A stretch of DNA of 64,000 nucleotides. Origin: Balanoglossus misakiensis (taxonomy: Eukaryota; Animalia; Hemichordata). This document shows positions 28,901 to 40,043 of this stretch, piece by piece. The notes under the pieces were generated by a model that was given only the letters and a program-made list of their open reading frames with translations, searched no databases and was not told the origin of the DNA. Numbering within the stretch: the stretch's first letter is position 1; every line of letters begins with the position of its first letter. The position numbers and the translations under genes are program-made. The stretch spans positions 3,961,025-4,025,024 of the forward strand of contig CM082596.2 of NCBI GenBank assembly GCA_040954595.2. Reading direction: 5' to 3'.

Positions 28901-31454
28901 ATCTTCCTTGTTACTCTGCTCAACACCAAGGCAACAAGGATCAGTCATAAATCAGCCAGAGAAGACATCAGGCCAACAGAAAATGCAAGTAGGAGGGATG
29001 TAGATCCTACACCTACACATAATATGTTTCAGAACAATCTAGAGTTTAATATCACTGGTAAGCAAGTAAGTGACATGTAATTTGTATGCAAGACCACAGA
29101 GCATACAGAGTCTGATTTCTGAGAATTCAGACAACATACTCTTCTCACACCCATACAAGTACATGTACCTGCAGGGTTGTTGACACAGCCTGCCTGTCTC
29201 CACGGACAACCTCAGTGCTCGGCTCACATGTAGTATAAAGAATTTAACTGTCATCACAAATACATGTGAAACTTCAGAGGTCGTTTGAACGCCATCAATT
29301 TGGCCACTATTGTCGGATTCTTTTTAAGTTTCACCAAGAAACGATTTAAATGGAACATCTCATTTCGGCTAAGTGATTGATCAACAGGTATGCAAATCCC
29401 ACGAGGGGACACAGAACGGCAAACACAAAACCTCAAGGCATGCCCAGCCAACCTACGTTATTGTTTTTATCTCTTAGCCTTTGAGAAATCACCTGTGACT
29501 GGCGCCTGGGTGAAGTCACCTGTGACTATCTCACTGCACCAGAGACACACACTGAAATGAAGCTAATTGTCACATTTACCAAACCGGGGTAGGCTTGAGG
29601 CATCTGTGGAAATAATGAGACTATTTTTCTTAGCTTTACAGGAAATTCCACGGGAGAAAGAACCCTTAAGTCTAGTTAATGCTCGCATGAGTTTTAAATT
29701 TAAATATAAAAGAATGCAAATTCATTGAGTTTTGCTAAAATATGTTGTTCTCACTGTTATTTACACTTTAGATTTGAACTAAAGTGACATTTTTCACTTT
29801 CATTCTAACAAAAGGGTTACCCTTGACAGCAAAACAGAATAATAAACTGACTGGCAGTTCTAAGTTCTTGTATCTCTATGGACATACGTCCCAAGGCAAT
29901 CCTATACTGACATATAAAAGGTGATTTATTTTTCAATTACAAAGTGTGGTTTGCCAATTAAGGAGATATCTTTGTAGTGAATAGCCAACAAATAATGTTA
30001 TTCAGGGCACATATATACTAGAAAGTTTCGGTATTGAGTCAAGGTCTTCATATTCACATAAGAACATTTGAGTCAGTACACTGGTTAGAGTATCCTCATT
30101 AGCATGATTATCCTTCATTTTATAATAAACACACAATAAGGTGCACCATATTCACTTTCATTGCAGCACGAGAGAGGCAAATTTGGATCAGTGCATGAAG
30201 CACATTTTCCAATTAATAGTAAAATAATTTGTATTTCTAAGATGCTTCATAAGATTTTGAGGACTCCCATCCTCCAAACTAGATAGCTATGGTACAGTTC
30301 AACGGTCACATCCCTTGGCAAAGTGCCAAATCACAAGTGCCGGCTCTAATTGAGAACCAACAAAAACTAAGTGGATACACAGTCTCTGTGTTAATTTAAG
30401 TAAATTGGTCTGAATCAACGTACAGTTAGTAATTGGAAACACACCGGTTTGGAATAACATTTAGTCATCTCCAGGTTACAGCGCGAACACTCCGTGGTGA
30501 ATTGTTACCATCTGGAAATCTTTTTTAAAAGGCTGTGCATTCTCGTATGCTTCATTGCTTTCCCCTGGTCGTTTGACGAAACCATTTAAGAGTGTCCACG
30601 GACAAACTTGTGGTTACCAGTTTATGAGTAATGGGCATACGTGCTGAAATCCCCCTGAGACTGCTCTATCTGAGTTGACTCTTTTCCAAGTCTGACAGTC
30701 ACTCACTCACTACATGTACAATGTGCTTTACAGCAAACAGCGAGTGTTCAAACACGTTTATGAACATGTACATGTATGCACACCACGGCATCACAAGTCA
30801 GTGCCATGATGTAATGGTGTTGATACAGGTACGCAATGTATATTTGACGGCAAACGTATCATATGTCGCAGTCTTCCCGACAAATGTGTTATTTTTCAAA
30901 AAACTGTTGAAGATTCCTGGCTGACATGTACAGTTGTGAAAACATACAGGACACAATTTGTCTAGGCTAGACTCTTAGACATCATATCAGGAGGTTCCAG
31001 ATACAATAGACAGACTGCACAAGTTCAAGGGAAGTCATAATTGACATTTTTAATCCATTTCAAAAACGCACCAAAAGATAACTTTATCTAGTGCAAGCCA
31101 CAAGTTCAAGGATCAACCTGTGATCCATCAAAAATCAAAAGTGCTGCCACTAAATTGACATACAGTGGTCTCTCAAAAGCTTATGATCGCTCGATTCGAT
31201 CAAAGATTAAACAAATCTTCTTCAGAAGCAGTCACTATGTAACACAAGTAAATTATCCAAATTGAAACGAGATTATGATCTCGCCTTGGAAGTGAGCACA
31301 ACCACGCAACCAAAAATGTGCAAAGTGTGACTGCGCTAACACTGATTGACAGTGTTGGTAATTTAATCCACCACAAAGTCATACACAGAGCATTGATGCA
31401 GAAATTTTTCCAGCCCTTTTTCCCCGATCTATATTTGCTAGCTGCTGAGGTACA

Positions 31455-31602
31455 AGATGATAATCCATGATGGAATTATTCACTCTGCTGTCACGAAAGA
31501 TCTTGATGTACAATCTAGGAGTAGTACGCTACTTGTTTGGTGTGATGTGCAAAATGATAATCCATGGCGGTATTATTCATCTTCCGTCACGGAGGATCTT
31601 GT
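31455..31602. repeat. Diverged ~97-bp-period tandem duplication
   Basis: atgataatccatg..tattca..gtcacg..gatcttg at 31457 and 31554. Confidence 0.7.
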
Positions 31603-32974
31603 CTTTATACATAATCTATGGTACCTATTCGGTATGACGTCTTTGCAAAAACAACACATTGTTTGTTAGTGCCTCTGTTGGAATTCTATCATTAGGCAGG
31701 ACTGTTTGCAAAGTTTCAAGTCAACATTAGATTTGGGAATAAAACTTGCAGTTGTCAGATATTGATCATCTTTACCATGTTCAAGAGAAACACTGTATCC
31801 CTCCAATCTTCGTGTGTTACTTCTAAAATGGTGACAAATGATGTGAACTTCACTTTCTAAATCATACTGACATGACTTCTTTAGTATCTTAAGATTTGCT
31901 ATCAATAGATCAAAAAGCACAAACTATTAATTGCATTTCACCCGACTGTGTAAGAGATTAAATGAAGGAATTTTCTTTTGTGTGAAAAAAATAACAGTTT
32001 GACGTAAGTGTCCATTGAATTGAATCCCTACACACTCTCAGCTGATTTCGAAAACACATCAATGGGAAATTTTGAGGAGCAATAAATTAAGTTATGATTG
32101 AAAAATATAAGTAAATGTAATAGGAACATCAATGAGTGTCAACTGAATATGACCTCCTGCAGGGCGTACATTTTGTACTGGCAAGCTATCTGAAAGCATT
32201 ACAGAGCAAAATTACAAGCACAATGAAATTATAGTTGATAAATTGATCTCTCCATTTTGTTATGGCTTGATCTTTTACTGGAAAAGGTCTTCTCATTAGT
32301 GAATACATGTTTTGTTGCCATAGCGATGCTGGTTATGAGCATTAATCTCCATGGTCACAAGAAATGCAGATTTACAGACGTGTTGGGTAAGGATTTACTC
32401 ATTTTTCTGGTCATACATTAGTAGTATTAATATTTGAGTTTAATCAACAGATATTTTTTTCTACGTAGACAAGAAGTGCCGTCAACTTTGACACTTAAAT
32501 TAGAAAATTTCTTATTATTAGTAAACATCCCCCCCCCCCCCTTTATTTCACTGTGTTTGGATCCAGCCGCACCACTAAGATCACCAGAGCTCAACCAAAC
32601 AGCAGAAGCAAAAGGGGTGAATAAGTGCATTGCGACAAGAGGATTGCACCTGCCTTTTTTTGGACCATATAATAACACTGCTGGTTTATATAATTCACTC
32701 TCTGATGGCAGAGATCAGGGAGTCTGTAATAGAGGTTACACAGTTCTTCAAGTGCATTTGCATGTTTGTGAATGGACTGCAATGAGGACAAGAGGAAGCC
32801 CCCCTGCTGGTCCAGGGACTGACATGTGGAATCAAACTTATTATATAAACAGTCAGGAAGACTAAATAAAACACATTCATTCCAGGATACTTGGTGTCTG
32901 TATTTCTCTCTGAGGATTGACCAGTGGGCATGGAAGGGGTGTTTTCGGTGTACATGATGAGTGCTACATCAGGT

Positions 32975-33205
32975 ATGAAAGAATGAATGAATCAGTGCAT
33001 GAATGAATGAATGCATTCCATTCATTTAAGCATGCATGCATGCATGTACAATGTATCCATGCATGCATGTATACATGTATCATGTGTAAGTATACAGTTC
33101 AAGTGAATGAATGAATGAACGAATGAATGAATGAATGAATGAATGTATAAATAAATAAATGAACGAATGAATGAATGAATGAATGAAATAAGAGAGTGTA
33201 TGAAC
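32975..33205. repeat. Compound microsatellite (GAAT)n / (GCAT)n / (AAAT)n
   Basis: Read directly from the sequence. Confidence 0.9.
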
Positions 33206-34359
33206 GATCCAATTTCCTCAACCCTGCTTCGTTGGCACAGACGTCCTAAAGAGAACATACTTCATTCCTTATTAAAAAAATAATGTGCATGTACAGCAAC
33301 TGTTTGGCTATTTGTACACATGGTAAATCGTTCACTCACTGAGCACGCTCCATGCGGACACTGAACAATATAAGTCTGGACAACGATCCTGTTTCATGGC
33401 TCATGTTTGCCTTTGCACGTGTTTCAACAGGATTTACTGCCGTAGAATATACAGAAGGGAGCCATGGAAAGACAACCCAGCTTTTACAGAATTTCCATGT
33501 ACCTGTACTGAACAATTACATTAATCCTTATTTAAACCCCCGTCTTACTTTCTCCACATCAATAGGATCACAAGCTCATTTCTCTGCTTGGATGACTTCA
33601 TTCAAGGGAGTTTACCATTCCAAGGCCAAGCTTGATAGTTTGAAACTGTAAAAATCTATAACTATAAAAGCTATAGAAAACCTCTCAAACAAAACACTAA
33701 ATCCACTCTAACGAATCAATACTTTCCACTTATAGTTAAGCAGGATTTTGAAAATAGCACATTTTTTACGTAACATTAATTGATCAGCTTGGGAACTCAC
33801 TACCACAATGCCTCCAACTGCAGATACATAACTTATTACCAGTGTTGTGAATTCATCTTACACCACAGTATTCTTGGAAGTGAAATACAATATACAAACA
33901 CAGTCTATGGAACTGGGGTACGAAAAACAAAATTACGCAGTCGTTTAATATGGAAATCAGTCAACCGATATGTACCTTATTTAGTGTATTGTACCTCATC
34001 ATTCAACACTTCATAGAAAACCACAGTAGGTTCATGGAAATGATTGTATAGAATGATATGCTTTTGCAAAGCTATACTAGTCAACACACAGGGTAGTTTG
34101 TTATTTCCTGCTATTTACAATGAGAGTGTTATTCACTTTGGCAAAATCCGACCAGGACCTAGTTTCAACTAAAATAATCCTCATTGGGACTACATTAGGA
34201 TAGAGTCTACACTTTATGCAGATGAAGTCAGTGCCTGAATCTTAGCCGACATAATTGACAGTGTCTTTCCTATGCCAAAATTCAACAGCAAGGGATTCAA
34301 CTGGGACCAGAGACACATTTAAAAGCATCCACATTTCCCAATTTTACTCCAGTCCACAT

Positions 34360-35320
34360 TTTTGGCCAGACCTCAACTCCCTGGACTCTCCATTACCCAG
34401 ACCAAACTTATCTGGCTCTGGTCCAACATATTGTGTCAGCATTTGTTATTTAGAGCCAACTTAAAACCTACACCTGTGTCGGGTCGGCATAAATTTGTCG
34501 TATGTGAAACCCACCGAGATATACATTGTCCTTTGTAGTTGTCCTCCGGTACATGTACAAACACCACAAGCACAGATTTGTACCATACTGTAACTTTTAT
34601 TGCAACAGTTTCTATGTCCAGAAGAAGATGCAACAAAGCCACTGACAGTTGCCCAGTCAACAGGCATGAGAGTGACACACCATTACGTCAACGACTACCC
34701 ATCTGTTGCTGTCACTCACTAGGTGCGAAAATCAGAAGGCCATAATGGTCCACACCAGTCGGTCGTGAATCCCCAGCTGCTAGTTGTTACCATGATTGCC
34801 ATACTGAAATTATTTTTCACGTGCACTCACTTGGGATAGTCCCATTCACTACTCCAATTACATCGGGGGTTCACCATGCATCTGTCGCTGTACCTCACCA
34901 CAGGTCATCTCAGGACAAGTCCCTGTTCGCGGTGTTGGATGGCCCTGGTCTTGTTTGTCAGTAACGAGAAGAACATCTGACACAGGTCCATCAATGAAAC
35001 TGGGGTGCCAGCTAGACAAAGTGAGGTTCCTTGTCAAATGCATGTATGGGATTACATGACCAGGCATGCTCTGGCATAAATCATTGTCACCTTTTCAAGG
35101 GTGGCACATACATGATGACTTGAACTTACAGCGCTGACGTGAACTTAACTAAATCACACATAACAGCTCTAAATCTTCAGCAAATGATAACTGAGGGCAT
35201 CAGCGACATTTGTCTAAGGAGTGTGATTGCTTCCTATTTCGACTCAGAAGTTGATATAAGGGTGCGATATGTGGGGCAGGGTACTCTCACTATTTTCGAA
35301 ACACCTGACATCACATCTTG
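34360..35320 (-). mobile_element. Fossil Crypton (tyrosine recombinase, DUF3504-like) coding relic
   Basis: Collinear degenerate motifs across frameshifts and stops: DVR..EYP (~35310-35278), TPVSLMD, EMTCGEV..*LE* (cf. MTWGD..EYLEY), IFA, C(P)V, VWYKSV..K..CIS..TTNLCR..TG, ISLV. Recognised by eye only. Confidence 0.5.
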
Positions 35321-35899
35321 GTCTTTGCCAGAAGTCTGTATGCATCCTTTTTTCAGACTTGACTTTGTTCAGTACATACTTCATTGTATATTGGTTGTCT
35401 GTATGCTTTGCATAATTGTTTGTCTTTGCAACTGGCCATGCAAATATTCTTGATCTATGAACTTAAGTCAGGATGGGTACGATTGTATGGGTGACTGTTT
35501 GACACCTGCCGTCATCATAGGCCTTGCGTCCTAAATACTGTGTTCAACCTCAAGCAGGTTTAAAGTCAACCAAATAAAACCTTACAACATGCATGAAATA
35601 TTTTTTTATCGACAATCAATTGCGTAGTCTGCCTCAGCCTGTTCGGCAGATAATATTTCTCTCGACTAGTTAGCCAGTCTGTAAGAGAAAGCAATCAGAC
35701 AGACGGGTTGATGGGAATTGCAGATTTTACTGACAACAGATTTATTCCCAGTTACCACCGGGTCAGAGGTCGGGAAATAAATCTGAATGCACTGAACATT
35801 CCAGACTTACTGGCGTAAAGCCACCCGCCAAACTGTACAAAGAGGGCAGCTTCAATGAACTTCAAACAAAGCACTCAGTGTGATATGATGTACTTCAAG

Positions 35900-38170
35900 A
35901 ATTCAGCTCTGAACTCGCATGTCTGAATTCAAAGATTTACATGTACCATACGCAGATTCATCAAGTTGTAATACTACAGCATCTACGGACCAAGTCTCTC
36001 CGGAGGGCTTGCGTTGCACTGTGCTTAAAGCAAAGATGGCTATCAGCAGGCAGTTTACTCTAACAGGAAGTGCTACTGACATCCTCAGTAAAACCAAGAC
36101 ATTTGATCGCCATGCCTCACTGCACTTCACTGAGCATTCTTGGGTTCCATATTTTTCTATCCCCTTTTTTGACGCTATAAAAATACACACACACAATAAA
36201 AATGGCCAAAGACTTGATTGGCACAAAAGGCCTGTCATTGGCCTTTTTAGCATCTTGTAGTTGTACTTCCGATCATCAACAATATACCCCGCTACGTACA
36301 CTGCATTCAATTCTGCATGTGAAGCACCCTGGCCAAAAGTGGTCTGTTCGAAACTGATCACCAACACAACATATACCCCTTTCAAATTCGAGTATTAGGC
36401 TCCGATATCTGCAAGCCTTCAGAATGCTTTCAACATTCTCAGATACAGTTTTCTTATCCAGAAAACCAAGCATATTAAAATATATTTTAAAAGACGCTAC
36501 ATTCATTGCCAGAGAGATTTCAGGTCTCAGACCACACAAACTCGACCAGCAGTGCAGCAATGCGTTCAAAGGTCACTATTCTTTAGCATCATCACGTCAA
36601 CGCCAGGCACTTCAAACACTTTGTGACACGATTTTCATAGAACCGTACTGACAGCTAAGTTAGCACATTTGTTGCAACTTGTTGGCATCTCAGTGACAAT
36701 GTCAAAGACGTTCATGAGATACCACTGCAACTATTTCAGCAGGAAAGATGTCTCGGCATGCAAAGCTGACCTCAGAATCAGATCGGAGGTCCCATGCACT
36801 AGTTGCATGAGTAACGTCATGCTCCAGCTCCCTTTAGGATAGACATTCACCAGTCAACAATGTCTTAAACACACCCTTCTATTGAAGGCATTCTTTACAT
36901 CTCTGATGCAAAACACATAAAAAGGCACTCATTCTTTATCTGTATGACTTTCACATATAGAGCACATTACAATGCAAGGTTTTTGCATCGACCACAGCCA
37001 CAACAAAAAGTGCAGTACGCAACAAACATGGCACCTCAACAACCTCACCTGAACTCGGATTTACACAATGGTGTTTTTGTTCTGACGCTGACATTAATGT
37101 CACCTCAAGTACCTTATACGTTGAAGTCTGTGCTACAATTTATTGCACACAACTTAATTCTCCTGTGCACTGACTATAAAAACCACAATCCAACAACGTT
37201 TTAACTGAAACCGGACAATGAATATCACTGCATATGACGCTAGCGCTTGCCACAAATTGTACATTTTGCTTGTATTTTCTACTTCCCATACCTGAAACTG
37301 ACATCAGATATTTACATCTAACCTAACAAATAGTTCCATGTTCTTGTACTTCTGTTTTTTTCTGTCATGCAAGGACCTGATCTGGACTTTGCAGAGCTAA
37401 ACACGTCCAACTCAGACTCAAAACCATTCTGTTTGGAAAAAATAATAGATTTAAAAAGAGCAGACTACAAAAAACATTGATGGGAGACGTCTTCTGTAAC
37501 TTTTGGCACAAATCCAACATGCTCACCACGATGAAGACCCTTCCTTACAAACTCAGATGGTTTCTTTGATCCACAGTCAATCATATTTATTTATCCAATC
37601 ACCACCCTGGATGACAGGTATGTTATGATTCCATCCATGATCTCCATCAGGAATGTTTTACGATTTTTCCCAGGCACTTGGAATATGGGTTTCACAACTA
37701 CTATCAGTCCACTATAGGCTTCTTCTCCATTACCATGAATGGTCAGAGCGAATCATGTTGGAACAGAAATCAGTGGTTTGATGATTATCAGCTGTGAGAT
37801 TTCACACTTCTATAAACTGATACGTATACCTACAAACATATCTGTGTTTTCATGTTCAACTGTTAACATACTTTTTGCCTATTGTGGAGTTAGATTCTGT
37901 GCTAGTCGCTGGTATATATAGGGTCCAAGCCTCTCTTGCTATTATGTTTCGAAGGTTTCGATATGTTTGTTTGAGTTTTTATATGTACTTTGCAGCCTGC
38001 GCAAATATCAGATAAGAGTCTGCTGGACAACTCGCATCACAGCTCAGACATGGTGTTTCATATCGATAAGATTTATACCGTTCAAAAATAGAATCAAGTA
38101 GCGCCCGTACTTCACACAGCAAAGTTACATGATACTTGGTCAGTGTTTGGCGACAGCTTCAATTCTGTAC
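35900..38170 (-). mobile_element. Fossil hAT (ZNF862-like) transposase relic
   Basis: SNVLVLLRMSVALPV..NC..AIFALS (around 36030-36106) resembles the hAT C-terminal dimerisation domain; weaker upstream collinear pieces (YKMLK, ILKAC, FDIVTEM..PG, AVAKH at ~38150). Confidence 0.35.
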
Positions 38171-39216
38171 TGGAATACCATCTTGACAAATCTGATATGT
38201 GTTTAATGGGTTTCATCGGAACCAGTAAGGGGTCTCAGTAGCAAATTGGCCAGGGTATCGGTAACTTTTTACAAAACCACTGCCACTGTACTAAAACTTC
38301 TGGGCAATAAAACCAAAGTTACTGCCTGCCTGCTCCTTCAATATTTTTATGGCTTTGCAAAATAGCTGCGAAGGAATATTATCAAGTTTTGCAACAAAGA
38401 TTGGGCAAAGCCCGCGCACAGTATGGTTTGTGCATAGTCTGTGATAGTGAAATTCAATACTGGCAGAACCGGGCTTTCACGTTCCTAATTATCTATATCA
38501 CTACACCGCCACGTTCTGGGGATTTTACAGCTGTACCGGGTCCGGTACTGTGGACTGAAGTTAGAACTGCTATATATGATGGTTCCTTACGGGATTTGCA
38601 CTGACATATCAAACTCTGGTGAGCAATAATGATGAAAGAAAGAGCTTCCAGGTGAAAAATGCATATGTAAGCCACAAGCAGGCCTGCATATTTAGCCACA
38701 AACATGTCTACTTTGAATTCCAAGCAATCACTGAAAATTGCTGAGCTAATTGCCACAAGAAACTAATAGCCCATTACACGACATAGGTGAGTGTTTTTTT
38801 TAACCCTCTTTCTAATTCCTACGGTATACTTCATTGATAGTTTGACTTTATATTTTTGTTGCTGATGTCCTGCGCACTTCAGGAAAAACTACAGCCCCTA
38901 TTTACTTCCACGATGCACAGCAGAAGTGAGTACCACAAAACTGGAAATACTTTCAGGATGTTTGTCATTACCGAAGCATAACAGAAATCCATTAACAGCC
39001 CCGATAGCTTTTTAATAGTAGTACCTTTTACAGGGGACTAAATGTTCAAACTATAGGTTGGAGGAACTTTGAATTTTTTAAAGGGAACTAAAAACAGGAG
39101 GAGAACACTGCTTAAGAAATGCATATAGGCCAGTAAACATACCAAGGCGGCCATTCAATTCTATGCTAATGCTGTTTTGCACAGGTAGACGTTTTACGGA
39201 GAATGCAAGCACCTAC

Positions 39217-39337
39217 CTTTCATTCCTGATGAATACCCGTACCGAACAGAAAACTTGGCCACCGAGTTTGTGCAGAGAATCCCAAAAAGTACAAGGCAAA
39301 CGGCATACGTCCTTAACATCCTAGTGGTACATCCCAT
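39217..39337 (-). CDS. Alternative first coding exon with signal peptide: MGCTTRMLRTYAVCLVLFGILCTNSVAKFSVRYGYSSGMK + phase-1 intron
   Basis: GGAATGG start (second ATG at 39319); R-rich n-region, hydrophobic AVCLVLFGILC, S-V-A cleavage-like site; strong donor AAG|GTAGGT; same strand and phase as 53812-53887. Confidence 0.6.
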
Positions 39338-39529
39338 TCCATGTGTGGAAAATTCATTGCAAACACCGTCACAAACATGTAAATGGCTGTGTTTTTTTCC
39401 TCCCCTCGGAACAACAACAGCAACAGAAACCAAAGTCGAAGCGGAACACTCAGAAGTGCTGATAATGATTATGGTAGTATAGTCATGAATAATAAACAGG
39501 CAGTGACAGGCTGCTATCCTTGGAACCAA

Positions 39530-39630
39530 GCGGTTTGACTGACACGCAGATGCCTCCCTTCAACTATCTCTGCCCAACCAATCCTTAAGTTTCCTTCTGT
39601 TTGTTTTCTGATTTGTGCCAATGGTTGCGA
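39530..39630 (-). promoter_or_regulatory. Putative internal promoter: initiator TCAGTC (39537-39542) with two CCAAT motifs (~39578, ~39618)
   Basis: Inr-like hexamer ~200 nt upstream of the ATG at 39337, CCAAT pentamers about 40 and 80 nt further upstream. Confidence 0.4.
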
Positions 39631-39659
39631 GGCAGATTAAAGCGATCTTAATTTGATAA

Positions 39660-40043
39660 TTAGTCGCCCGCCGCAGCTGTCGCCCAACGGGTCTCCCCTC
39701 CGCGAGGGTGAGTGGGTCAGGGTTGGAGGTCGCCTTGGACATACACCTGACTTGGTCGGTAAACTTGTCCTGGCAAAGTCTTCATCTGTTCAAGAACCGG
39801 CCAAAAGAAATGTCCCACGAGTGCGATTAACTAAATTCCTGAATGAAAGTCTGAATATGGTTTCAGTAACTCGGTTGTCATGTCCACGCAGATGAGTGGA
39901 ATCACAGGGGCAGAGACCAGGTCTTCTATGACGTCAGGTGGAGACACTATCACATTGGCGTTATCGGGCAATCTCATCAGCAGCTTAAATTCTATGGCGT
40001 TTCGACTACTGGTGCAAGAACCAATCAATTCCCTATCAAACAC
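39660..40043 (-). mobile_element. Possible decayed Gypsy/Ty3 integrase zinc-binding region
   Basis: In-frame VIVSPPDV..HSGI*LIALVGHFFWPVL, then frameshifted DEDFARTSLP, and GDLQP*P, resembling H-x-G-I..F-Y-W-P..D-V..C..C..PLQPLP. Confidence 0.3.
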
